Positions 9,293-18,293 are shown, counted from the first letter of the stretch. The stretch is DNA of 64,000 bases from Acutalibacteraceae bacterium (GCA_045538935.1 JAZQEI010000004.1:4479-68478), one strand, 5' to 3'. Notes: generated by a model not told the origin, from the sequence alone. Translations and numbers: made by a program.

Positions 9293-9321
9293 TTGACCTT
9301 TTTAACATATAATGGTATAAT
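9293..9321 (+). promoter_or_regulatory. sigma-A type promoter for the SulP-GtrA-CysK block
   Basis: TTGACC (9293-9298), 17-nt spacer, then extended -10 TGgTATAAT (9313-9321). Confidence 0.55.
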
Positions 9322-9347
9322 ACTTTAGTTTTAAAGGGGAATAGAAT

Positions 9348-10637
9348 ATGAAGGACTTTTATCTTAAACCTAAACTGTTTTCGGCACTTAAAGGTTATAC
9401 AAAAAACAGGGCTATAAACGATATTATTGCAGGTGTAATAGTTGCTATAATTGCTCTGCCGCTTTCTATTGCATTAGCCTTAGCTTCAGGTGTAGAGCCC
9501 GCTCAGGGTGTATATACTGCTATTGCTGCAGGCTTTGTGGTATCGCTGCTTGGCGGCAGCAGAGTACAAATAGCAGGGCCTACCGCCGCATTTGCAACCA
9601 TAGTGGCCGGTGTCGTTGCCACAAGCGGTTTGGACGGATTATTTATTGCTACCGTTATAGCCGGATTTTTGCTTATACTTATGGGTGTGTTTAAACTTGG
9701 CACATTTATAAAATATATGCCGCATACCATTACCGTAGGCTTTACGGGCGGCATAGCTGTAACTATATTTTTAGGGCAGATAAAGGACTTTTTAGGCATT
9801 ACATATTCACAAGGCGTAAGACCTATTGAAACACTTGAAAAGGTAGAGGCAAATATACACCATATTTCTTCTTTTAGCCCCATAGCCTTTTTAATAGGCT
9901 TACTTAGCCTTGCGATTTTAATTTTTTATCCTAAAATTGAAAAACGTTTACCTCCGTCATTACTCGCGGTTATAGTGGGCGCTCTTCTGGTTAACCTTAT
10001 ACCCGCTATAAATGAAAATGTTTACACAATAGGTGACCTTTATAATATTCCGCAAGGGTTACCCAAAATGGATTTTGCAAGTTTTGATTTTTCTGCCGAG
10101 AAAATTATTTCGGTATTGCCCAACGCATTTACAATTGCTATACTAGCTGCAATAGAGTCGCTTTTGTCTTGCGTAGTTGCCGACAGTATGGTAAACTCAA
10201 AACATAACCCCAACAGTGAGCTCGTAGCACAGGGTATGGGAAATATAGCATCTGTTTTCTTTGGAGGTATTCCCGCAACTGGTGCTATAGCCAGAACATC
10301 GGCAAATGCCAAAAATGGCGGCACTACTCCGGTAGCAGGTATGGTGCATGCAGTTGTGCTTTTATTGGTTGTTTTATTCTTAATGCCTTACGCAGCCCTC
10401 ATACCAATGCCCACCATAGCAGCAATATTGTTTATGGTAGCATACAATATGAGTGAAAAAGAAAAGTTTATTAAGATTTTTAAAACAAAACAAATACCCG
10501 ATATACTTGTTTTATTAACCACGTTTTTACTCACTGTTATTTTTGACTTGGTTGTAGCAATAGCGGTAGGTGTGGTAATGCATATTTTGTTCGTACTCAT
10601 TAAAAAAGTAAGGGGTCGCAAAAATGACCGAAGCTAA
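9348..10637 (+). CDS. SulP-family inorganic anion transporter, membrane domain only (no STAS domain visible)
   Basis: DIIAGVIVAIIALPLSIALALASGV and IGGIPATGAIARTSAN are SulP signatures. The ORF stops right after the last TM segment, where a STAS domain normally follows. Confidence 0.75.
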   Translation: MKDFYLKPKLFSALKGYTKNRAINDIIAGVIVAIIALPLSIALALASGVEPAQGVYTAIAAGFVVSLLGGSRVQIAGPTAAFATIVAGVVATSGLDGLFIATVIAGFLLILMGVFKLGTFIKYMPHTITVGFTGGIAVTIFLGQIKDFLGITYSQGVRPIETLEKVEANIHHISSFSPIAFLIGLLSLAILIFYPKIEKRLPPSLLAVIVGALLVNLIPAINENVYTIGDLYNIPQGLPKMDFASFDFSAEKIISVLPNAFTIAILAAIESLLSCVVADSMVNSKHNPNSELVAQGMGNIASVFFGGIPATGAIARTSANAKNGGTTPVAGMVHAVVLLLVVLFLMPYAALIPMPTIAAILFMVAYNMSEKEKFIKIFKTKQIPDILVLLTTFLLTVIFDLVVAIAVGVVMHILFVLIKKVRGRKNDRS

Positions 10638-11037
10638 AAAAGAGTTTTTAAGATCTGTAAAATTTGTACTGTTTTCTATAAGCGCAGGAGCCATACAGAT
10701 ATTGAGCTTTACCGTTTTAGAAGAGGTACTGCATATAACACACTGGGTATCGTATTTGGTTTCACTTATACTTTCGGTTTTATGGAACTTTACGCTTAAC
10801 CGCAAATTTACGTTTTATTCGGCAAGCAATGTGCCCATAGCAATGCTAAAGGTTGCCGGTTTTTATCTAGTGTTTACGCCGTTATCTACTTGGTGGACAG
10901 CGGTACTAACCGGCGATAAAGTAGGCCTTAATGAGTACATAGTTTTAATAGGTACAATGCTTATTAACTTTGTTAGCGAGTATTTGTTCCAACGCTTTGT
11001 TGTTTTTAAAAATTCCATTGATACCGCAAAAAAATAA
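10624..11037 (+). CDS. GtrA-family membrane protein
   Basis: 137 aa with 4 TM helices. WNFTLNRKFTF and FVSEYLFQRFVVF are GtrA-like motifs. The start overlaps the SulP stop by 14 nt. Confidence 0.7.
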   Translation: MTEAKKEFLRSVKFVLFSISAGAIQILSFTVLEEVLHITHWVSYLVSLILSVLWNFTLNRKFTFYSASNVPIAMLKVAGFYLVFTPLSTWWTAVLTGDKVGLNEYIVLIGTMLINFVSEYLFQRFVVFKNSIDTAKK

Positions 11038-11054
11038 TTCAAGGTGATTTTTTA

Positions 11055-11981
11055 ATGATTTGTAATACTATTTTAGACGCAATGGGCAACACCCCCATAA
11101 TAAGACTAAACAATATGGTCGGTGAAAACGATGCCGAGATTTTAGTTAAGTTTGAGGGCTTAAATGTAGGCGGCTCAATAAAAACACGTACGGCATTTAA
11201 TATGATACAAAAAGCTGAGGCGCAAGGACTTATAAATAAAGATACCATTATTGTAGAGCCAACAAGCGGCAACCAAGGAATTGGCCTTGCTCTTGTGGGC
11301 GCAGTAAAGGGAATAAAGGTCAAAATAATTATGCCCGACTCTGTCAGCGAAGAGCGCAGAAAGCTTGTAGAGCATTACGGCGCAGAGGTAATCTTGGTAC
11401 ACGATGCCGGCAATATAGGCCTTTGTATAGAACAGTGTTTAGAGCTTGCATTAAAAATGAAAAGCGAAAATCCAAACGTGTTTGTGCCTCAACAGTTTGA
11501 AAATCCCGCAAATCCTGAAATTCAGCGTATTGGTACTGCTGCCGAAATATTAGAGCAGGTAGGACACAAAATTCACGGTTTTTGTTCGGGTATTGGAACA
11601 GGCGGTACAATAACAGGCATTGGTGAAGTGTTAAAACAAGCTAATCCTAATATGACTATTTGGGCGGTAGAGCCCGAAAACGCCGCTATTTTGTCGGGTG
11701 GCTCAATAGGCACTCATGTTCAAATGGGTATAGGTGACGGAGTAATACCTGTAATACTTAATCAAGAAATTTTTGATGATGTTTGCATAATAAAAGATGA
11801 AGAAGCTTTACAAGCCGCCAAAGATTTAGCTCTAAAAGAAGGCATTATGTGTGGCATAAGTAGCGGCACCAATGTTGCAGCGGCTTTACGTCTTGCTAAA
11901 AAACTCGGTAAAGGTAAAACTGTAGTAACCGTTCTGCCCGACACAGCCGAGCGCTATTTCTCAACCCCACTTTTTGAATAA
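11055..11981 (+). CDS. cysK: cysteine synthase / O-acetylserine sulfhydrylase family PLP enzyme
   Basis: GNTPIIRLN, the PLP-lysine context GGSIKTR, EPTSGNQGIGLA and the GIGTGGTITG loop. Confidence 0.8.
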   Translation: MICNTILDAMGNTPIIRLNNMVGENDAEILVKFEGLNVGGSIKTRTAFNMIQKAEAQGLINKDTIIVEPTSGNQGIGLALVGAVKGIKVKIIMPDSVSEERRKLVEHYGAEVILVHDAGNIGLCIEQCLELALKMKSENPNVFVPQQFENPANPEIQRIGTAAEILEQVGHKIHGFCSGIGTGGTITGIGEVLKQANPNMTIWAVEPENAAILSGGSIGTHVQMGIGDGVIPVILNQEIFDDVCIIKDEEALQAAKDLALKEGIMCGISSGTNVAAALRLAKKLGKGKTVVTVLPDTAERYFSTPLFE

Positions 11982-11984
11982 ATA

Positions 11985-12020
11985 AAAAACGCACAAATCA
12001 TTACGATTTGTGCGTTTTTT
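11985..12020 (+). terminator. rho-independent terminator
   Basis: AAAAAACGCACAAATC attac GATTTGTGCGTTTTTT. Confidence 0.85.
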
Positions 12021-12044
12021 GTCTGATAGAAAGCTGAATATTTT

Positions 12045-12066
12045 AAAAAAGAGCAATAACGTGCAA
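12045..12066 (+). promoter_or_regulatory. conserved 22-bp motif, copy 1 (candidate regulator binding site)
   Basis: AAAAAAGAGCAA-taac-GTGCAA sits immediately upstream of a -10-like GATAAT (12073-12078). The same 12+6 nt with the same 4-nt spacing recurs at 15181-15202. Confidence 0.45.
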
Positions 12067-12283
12067 CTTTTGGATAATACAGTATATAGCAACTAATTCT
12101 TAAATATGTTTAAATATAATTGAAAAAATGTTTTTGTTGTGTTAAACTGTACTTACCATAGTTTTTTGGTTTAAGGGGTGAGCTCAACTGAATACAAAAG
12201 TAAATGAACCCGTAAATTTCCCGTTTATTGTTTCGCGTGATGTAACATCTGGCGTTGATAATGTAGAAACAGTTCGCAAGGCC

Positions 12284-13060
12284 TTGCACGAAGCAATAGA
12301 AATTAAATATTTTTACGAGGGCACAGCAACTCTTTTAATTGGTACCAATACCGTGTCGGTAAAGGCCGGAGATATAGTTGTTATTAACCCGTATGAGTTT
12401 CACGCTACGGTAGACTGCGGTGAAAAAAAGGGTAAATACCATTTATTTATGGTGCCTTTAGACTTTTTTTCTAACAATCAAAAAAGCGACCTTAATCTAC
12501 GCTCTCTCTTGCTTGTAGAAAAGAACTTTTTTAAGACTCTTATAAAAGATGAAAGAATGTCTAAAATTTTGCTCCGTATAGTGCAAGAAAATGCCGAAAA
12601 GCAACCCTTTGCCGAAATGGCAATAAAGGGGCTTTTGATGGAGTTTTTCTGTTTAATGTTCAGAAATTATACTCTAAACAAAGAAGAATCAGATTTTTTA
12701 CAAAAAGAAACCTTGCGGTCATACAAACTTATAGAACCGGCTCTCAGACATATACGTGATAATTTCGCAGAACCCTTTACGGTCGATATGCTCGCAAATT
12801 TTTGCGGACTAAGTAAGCATTATTTTTGTAGAGTTTTCAAAAATGTTACGGGCAAAACGGCTATGGAATATTTAAGGGACTACAGAATAAAGGTTTCAGA
12901 CGCAATGCTCACCAATACTGACAAAAGCATAAATCAAATTTCTGAGCAGTGCGGTTTTGAAAGTGTAAATTATTACTGCCGTTGTTATAAGGCTCATTAC
13001 GGCTTTTCGCCAAGTAAACGCAGAGCAAAAGGAGATGCTCCATTTGAATCGTTACCTTGA
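12284..13060 (+). CDS. AraC-family transcriptional regulator (cupin sensor domain plus HTH)
   Basis: C-terminal FCGLSKHYFCRVFKNVTGKTAMEYLRDYRI...INQISEQCGFESVNYYCRCYKAHYGFSPS is the AraC double HTH. The N-terminal GDIVVINPYEFH is cupin-like. The frame stays open and cupin-like back to 12182, so the true start may lie upstream (see findings). Confidence 0.8.
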   Translation: MHEAIEIKYFYEGTATLLIGTNTVSVKAGDIVVINPYEFHATVDCGEKKGKYHLFMVPLDFFSNNQKSDLNLRSLLLVEKNFFKTLIKDERMSKILLRIVQENAEKQPFAEMAIKGLLMEFFCLMFRNYTLNKEESDFLQKETLRSYKLIEPALRHIRDNFAEPFTVDMLANFCGLSKHYFCRVFKNVTGKTAMEYLRDYRIKVSDAMLTNTDKSINQISEQCGFESVNYYCRCYKAHYGFSPSKRRAKGDAPFESLP

Positions 13061-14132
13061 TATTTTACAAAAACAAAACACTAAGGTGTTAATCACGGGT
13101 GATAGCCTTTCGTATAACCGCTATTCCTACTATGAAGAGCCGCATATGAATGCGTATGAGTGCGGTGTTTCAATGCCTAGCTGGTCTTTTAGGGTTAGAG
13201 ATAAAATTTATGAACTTGATTCTCAGCTTATATACGGCAGCAATATTTTGTTTAACCAGTGCGGTGCGGTGGGTGTAGATGACCCTGATGCCGACAAATT
13301 TGCCGCCGCATTTGATGGCAAGTGCTATACCGTAGTTGCAAAAGATGAAGTATCGTTTAATGTTAATATAAAGTCGAGCACATTGGCTTTTTATTTTCAG
13401 ACTCGCCCCACCAATTATTGCACCTTTGATCTTTACATAGACGGTGAGCTTGCACACTCCAACATAAATACTAAGGGCGATGCCGAGTTCTTTAAAGGAT
13501 ATGCTATTTTACCGGTTAAAGCTCAGTGCAATGAAAATTTTAAAGAGCATAAAATAGAGTTTCGCAATATAAAGGGCGAGAATCCTAAAATCACCATAGG
13601 TGCGGTTGGCTCAAAATATATCGATATAAATCTTACCGGAAAGGGAAGCCAGACCACAAGATTTTTTATTGATAATTTTGATGAGCGTATTGGTCGTTTT
13701 GCACCAGATTTACTAATAATCATACTTTCTGCAAATGACCGAGCTTACGTAGCGCCCGAGGTTATGCGAAAAGATTTATTAGAGCTTTTCGCCCGCATTT
13801 TCAAGGTGAATAAAGACTGCAAAATACTGTTTTTACTGCCGCCATATTCGCATTTTGGCTCCAAGCCCCATATGGATTCGGGCATATATTCGTCTATAGA
13901 CACCGCCAACGTTTATAACACGGTTATTCGTGACGTAATAGCAAATTTAGGCAATGCTTGGTATAAGCATCCCGATTTAGACGGCACTATAAATTACGAT
14001 ATTGATATTTTGGCGGTTTGCGATTTATTTGATACTGAGAATCCGTCAGAATGGCGAGCTGATAATATTCATTTAAACCAAAACGGAAACAACATACTGT
14101 TTAAAGCAGTATGCGACAAATTAGGAATTTAA
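13035..14132 (+). CDS. SGNH/GDSL-type esterase with an inserted beta-rich domain
   Basis: VLITGDSLS (block I) and DNIHLNQNGN (block V). The start is ATG 13035, or TTG 13044 which has better spacing to AAAGGAG. It overlaps the AraC stop. Confidence 0.7.
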   Translation: MLHLNRYLDILQKQNTKVLITGDSLSYNRYSYYEEPHMNAYECGVSMPSWSFRVRDKIYELDSQLIYGSNILFNQCGAVGVDDPDADKFAAAFDGKCYTVVAKDEVSFNVNIKSSTLAFYFQTRPTNYCTFDLYIDGELAHSNINTKGDAEFFKGYAILPVKAQCNENFKEHKIEFRNIKGENPKITIGAVGSKYIDINLTGKGSQTTRFFIDNFDERIGRFAPDLLIIILSANDRAYVAPEVMRKDLLELFARIFKVNKDCKILFLLPPYSHFGSKPHMDSGIYSSIDTANVYNTVIRDVIANLGNAWYKHPDLDGTINYDIDILAVCDLFDTENPSEWRADNIHLNQNGNNILFKAVCDKLGI

Positions 14133-14142
14133 GGTGATTTTT

Positions 14143-15048
14143 ATGCAAAAAGCAAAAAGAATTGACGTACACGTTCACGCAACGCTTTTCCCCGACCTTG
14201 TACCCGATTGCAAATGGGGCGGCAGAGTTTTAACCGCCGAGGATCATATGGAGTATTGGGATAAAATAGACATTGACTATGGTGTTTTACTACCTATAGT
14301 TGCTCCCGAGGGACAGCTGCATCCGATGTCTTGCGAATCTGCAAAAATTATTGTCGATAAATATCCCGATAAGTTCGCTTGGTTTTGTAACATAGACCCA
14401 CGCTTTATGAATAATGCCGAAACATCTGATTTTAAGGTAATGCTTCAGCATTATAAAAACTTAGGTGCAAAAGGTGTTGGCGAAATTACATCTAATATGC
14501 ATGTAGACGACCCCAGAGTACAAAAGCTTTTTGCCGCTTGTGCCGAGTTAGATATGCCCGTAACTATTCACGTTGGCTTTCAAGAAGGCGGCTGCTACGG
14601 CATTATTGACGATTTACATCTTCCGAAAATTGAAAAGCTGTTACAAGATTATCCGAATTTAAAGCTTATAGGTCACTCGCAGCCATTCTGGATGGAAATG
14701 GGCACCGATGTAACCGAGGAAAACCGCAATAATCATTGCCCAACAACCAAGGTAGAAGAGGGCAGAATAGCAGAACTTATGCGTAAATACCCCAATTTAT
14801 ATGGAGATTTATCGGCAGGTAGCGGATCTAATGCTTTAATGCGCGATGAAGAATATGCTATAAAATTTGTTGAAGAATTTGCCGACAGACTTATGTACGG
14901 CTGTGATATCTGCGCAAAGGCAAACGATTTGCATTATAAATTTGATGCCTGGCTTAACCGTATGGTTGACGAGGGCAAAATCAGCATAGAAAACTACAAT
15001 AAGATAGTTAGAGAAAATGCTATTCGCATTCTTAAACTTGATATTTAA
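14143..15048 (+). CDS. metal-dependent amidohydrolase (amidohydrolase_2 / PF04909-like), paralog A
   Basis: ATG 14143 after AAGGTGA. IDVHVHA metal motif, LIGHSQPFW and a C-terminal YGCD...ENAIRILKL. Roughly half of its positions are identical by eye to the product of 15281-16186. Confidence 0.7.
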   Translation: MQKAKRIDVHVHATLFPDLVPDCKWGGRVLTAEDHMEYWDKIDIDYGVLLPIVAPEGQLHPMSCESAKIIVDKYPDKFAWFCNIDPRFMNNAETSDFKVMLQHYKNLGAKGVGEITSNMHVDDPRVQKLFAACAELDMPVTIHVGFQEGGCYGIIDDLHLPKIEKLLQDYPNLKLIGHSQPFWMEMGTDVTEENRNNHCPTTKVEEGRIAELMRKYPNLYGDLSAGSGSNALMRDEEYAIKFVEEFADRLMYGCDICAKANDLHYKFDAWLNRMVDEGKISIENYNKIVRENAIRILKLDI

Positions 15049-15080
15049 ATTTGCTTTCAATTTTTCCATACTTTTTTACA

Positions 15081-15125
15081 AGGAAACAACCCTAAGTTTT
15101 ACGCTTAGGGTTGTTTCCTATTTTA
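15081..15125 (+). terminator. strong rho-independent terminator inside the amino-sugar locus
   Basis: 16-bp perfect stem AGGAAACAACCCTAAG / CTTAGGGTTGTTTCCT, 7-nt loop, then ATTTT. Confidence 0.75.
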
Positions 15126-15180
15126 ATAGGAGTTGTTAAAAAGTTGACAATAAATTGACTATAAAATTCATTATTTTGTC

Positions 15181-15202
15181 AAAAAAGAGCAACCCAGTGC
15201 AA
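15181..15202 (+). promoter_or_regulatory. conserved 22-bp motif, copy 2
   Basis: AAAAAAGAGCAA-ccca-GTGCAA, identical half-sites and spacing to 12045-12066, upstream of the internal promoter. Confidence 0.45.
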
Positions 15203-15222
15203 TTTTTAATCAATGTAGTGCA

Positions 15223-15251
15223 TTGATTTATGACACATTATATAGGATAAT
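15223..15251 (+). promoter_or_regulatory. internal sigma-A type promoter
   Basis: TTGATT (15223-15228), 17-nt spacer, GATAAT (15246-15251). The small palindrome TCAATG-tagtg-CATTGA (15210-15226) overlaps the -35. Confidence 0.45.
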
Positions 15252-15280
15252 TGTATTAACAAATATTAAGGGGGTATTTT

Positions 15281-16186
15281 ATGGAAAACATAAAGAAAAT
15301 AGATATCCACGCACACGGTACAGCGTTTCCTGAATATTTGCCCAGTAAAGAATGGGTTGGCAGATTTTGCTCTGGCGAAGAGACCATTGCCTTTTACGAT
15401 AAGCTTAACATCGAAAAGGGTGTTTTGCTTCCGGTTTCATCCCCCGAAGCCTTTGTGTCACCCATGACTAGTGAAAATTGCAAATATATAACTACGCAGT
15501 ATCCGGACCGTTTCTTGTGGTTTTGTAACGTAGACCCAAGAGCCTTAACCAACGAATCTACGGCAGATTTAAAGCAACTGCTTGTTCACTACAAAAAACT
15601 AGGCGCCTTAGGTGTGGGTGAGGTAACGGCACAAATTTATGCCGATGACCCAAAGCTCGATAATCTTTTTGGTTGTTGCGAAGAATTAGATATGCCGGTG
15701 CTTATACATATTGCCCCAAAATTTGGCGGCGGCTACGGCATTGTAGATGATTTAGGACTGCCGCGAATTGAAAAAATGCTTAAAAAGCATCCTAACCTAA
15801 AGCTTATAGGTCACTCACAACCGTTTTGGGCAGAAATTTCGGCCGACTTAACAGAAGAGCAGCGTAACGATTTCCCCAAAGGCAAGGTTACTGAGGGCAG
15901 AGTAGTAGAACTTATGCGCAAATACCCAAACCTTTACTGCGACCTTTCTGCAGGTAGCGGCGCAAATGCTATGATGCGTGACGAAGAATTCGCAATGAAG
16001 TTTTTTAATGAATTCCAAGACCGCATCCTTTACGGCTGTGATATTTGCGACGTTTCAAACACACACCCGTTTATGTTTAACGACTGGTTAAACAAAATGG
16101 TTGAGGAAGAAAAGCTCCCCGTAGACATCTACCGCAAGATAGTAAGAGAAAACGCTATAAGGCTTTTAAAGCTGGAGGAAAATTAA
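15281..16186 (+). CDS. metal-dependent amidohydrolase (PF04909-like), paralog B
   Basis: RBS AAGGGGG. IDIHAHG, LIGHSQPFW and YGCD...ENAIRLLKL. Clear paralog of 14143-15048. Confidence 0.7.
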   Translation: MENIKKIDIHAHGTAFPEYLPSKEWVGRFCSGEETIAFYDKLNIEKGVLLPVSSPEAFVSPMTSENCKYITTQYPDRFLWFCNVDPRALTNESTADLKQLLVHYKKLGALGVGEVTAQIYADDPKLDNLFGCCEELDMPVLIHIAPKFGGGYGIVDDLGLPRIEKMLKKHPNLKLIGHSQPFWAEISADLTEEQRNDFPKGKVTEGRVVELMRKYPNLYCDLSAGSGANAMMRDEEFAMKFFNEFQDRILYGCDICDVSNTHPFMFNDWLNKMVEEEKLPVDIYRKIVRENAIRLLKLEEN

Positions 16187-16981
16187 ATGAACGTATTTAT
16201 TTTAGCCGACCTGGAGGGTGTATCTCTTGCGGACCACATTAGCATGATGCGACCAGAGCCCAAAGATAATCACCCCGGTTACGACTTTGCGTGCGAGCGT
16301 TTAGCAGTAGATCTTAACACCGCAGTAGATGCCGCCTTTGCGGGCGGTGCCGATACCGTAACTGTAATAGACGGTCATTTCAGAGGCGAAAATTTAGACC
16401 CCAATAAGCTCGATAAAAGAGCGGTTAAGTTAAACATTGAAGAATTCAGACCAATGGGTTGGGGTCGGTTCGATGCTCTTGTTTTGTTAGGTGCACACGC
16501 TATGGCCGGTACCGAGAACGCATTTTTGGATCACACCCAGAATTCTATTACCTGGTATGAATACAAGGTTAACGGAAAATGTTACGGTGAGATTGGTCAG
16601 GATGCTATAATGGCGGGCGCGTTTGACGTTCCGCTTGTGGCGGTTACGGGCGACGAGGCCGCTTGCGCAGAGGCCAAAACCTTAGTGCCAAACGTTTACT
16701 GCGCTGCAGTTAAAAAGGCAAAGGGCAGAAACAATGCTGAGTGTTTAGATCACGATACCGCACAAAAGTTAATTTTCGAGGCCGTAAAGAACGGTGTTGA
16801 AAACGCAAAGAACTTTGCGCCCTACAAAGAAACCTTCCCCGCAAAAATTTCGGTTACATACACTCGTAACGATTATGCTGATGCCGCAATGGAAAATCGT
16901 CCCAATTGCACAAGGCATGGCAGAACTGTTGAAAAAACAGAAGAAAAATTAGAATGCTTCCCGCAACTTCATTTGTGGTAA
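16187..16981 (+). CDS. M55-family (DppA-like D-aminopeptidase) metallopeptidase homolog
   Basis: RBS GGAGG. The N-terminal VFILADLEGVS and GAHAMAGT...FLDHT patterns match the peptidase M55 layout. Confidence 0.6.
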   Translation: MNVFILADLEGVSLADHISMMRPEPKDNHPGYDFACERLAVDLNTAVDAAFAGGADTVTVIDGHFRGENLDPNKLDKRAVKLNIEEFRPMGWGRFDALVLLGAHAMAGTENAFLDHTQNSITWYEYKVNGKCYGEIGQDAIMAGAFDVPLVAVTGDEAACAEAKTLVPNVYCAAVKKAKGRNNAECLDHDTAQKLIFEAVKNGVENAKNFAPYKETFPAKISVTYTRNDYADAAMENRPNCTRHGRTVEKTEEKLECFPQLHLW

Positions 16982-17017
16982 AACAATACATTTCAATTAT
17001 TTAAAGGAGAAATTATT

Positions 17018-18262
17018 ATGGAAAAATTAGCAATCTTTGGCGGAGAAAAAACAAAAACTACACCCTACGGCACAGGCAAACGTTTTGGCAAAGAAGAGCT
17101 TGCAAATTTAGAGGAAGCTTTAAACCAAAACACATTATTTTACTGGTTTGGCAATATGACTAAGCGCTTTACAAAGAAATTTGCCGATATGTACGGAGCA
17201 GATTACTGCGTTGCAACTTCTTCGGGTACTGCATCTATTCACGTAGCATTAGGCGCTATTGGTGTTGGCCCTGGCGATGAGGTTATTACATCTCCTATAA
17301 CCGATATGGGAAGCTTAATCGGTATTCTTTATCAGAACGCAATTCCTGTATTTGCAGACTTAGACCCAAACACCTACAATATGGATGCAAAATCTATTGA
17401 AGCAAAAATCACTCCCAGAACAAAGGCAATAGTGGTTGTTCATTTATCTGGTAACCCTGCCGAGATGGACGAAATTTGCCGTATTGCTAAAAAGCATAAC
17501 GTATATGTTATTGAGGACTGCGCACAGTCTTATTGCTGTAAGTACCAAGGCAAATATGCTGGTACTTGGGGTGATATCGGTTGCTTTAGCCTTAACGACT
17601 TTAAGCATATTTCTGCAGGCGACGGCGGTATGATTATTACCAACAACCAAGACCTTTATCACAGAGCATTAATGTTTGCCGATAAAAACTTTAACCGCCT
17701 AGGTACCGAGGTTGTTAAAAACGTACCTTATCTTGCACCTAACTACCGTATGAACGAGCTTACCGCTGCAGTGGCTATTGCTCAACTAGACAGAGTAGAA
17801 GAAATCTGCGCAAAGCGTAAAGCATACGGCGATAAATTACATGAAGCACTTCACGGCATCCCCGGAATTATTCCGCAGAAGATTTATGACTGTGCAGAGT
17901 GCTCTTACTGGTTCTATATGTTCACAGTAGATGAAAATGAGCTTGGCACAACACGTAAAGAGTTTGTTGAGGCTCTAGTAGCCGAAGGCATTATTGCATT
18001 TAACGGCTACATTCCGTCTTGCGTATATCAGTACGATATGTTCAAAAATAAAACCATTTATCCCGGTACTACACAGTATCCGCTCGATGGCGTACACGGC
18101 GAGGCAATCCAGTACAAAGACGGTGACTGCCCGAATGCAGAGCATATTATTGATACCTGCGTAAAACTCACAGTAAATGAGTTCTATACCGAGCAAGATT
18201 TAGAAGAAACAATCGCAGCTATCAAAAAGGTTGCAACATACTTTAATGCCAATAAAAAATAA
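17018..18262 (+). CDS. DegT/DnrJ/EryC1/StrS-family PLP aminotransferase 1
   Basis: ATSSGTASIHVAL, VIEDCAQS and the PLP-lysine context FSLNDFKHISAGDGGMI. Confidence 0.8.
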   Translation: MEKLAIFGGEKTKTTPYGTGKRFGKEELANLEEALNQNTLFYWFGNMTKRFTKKFADMYGADYCVATSSGTASIHVALGAIGVGPGDEVITSPITDMGSLIGILYQNAIPVFADLDPNTYNMDAKSIEAKITPRTKAIVVVHLSGNPAEMDEICRIAKKHNVYVIEDCAQSYCCKYQGKYAGTWGDIGCFSLNDFKHISAGDGGMIITNNQDLYHRALMFADKNFNRLGTEVVKNVPYLAPNYRMNELTAAVAIAQLDRVEEICAKRKAYGDKLHEALHGIPGIIPQKIYDCAECSYWFYMFTVDENELGTTRKEFVEALVAEGIIAFNGYIPSCVYQYDMFKNKTIYPGTTQYPLDGVHGEAIQYKDGDCPNAEHIIDTCVKLTVNEFYTEQDLEETIAAIKKVATYFNANKK

Positions 18263-18293
18263 TTTTTAATTGAGAAATAAAAGGAAAATTATT

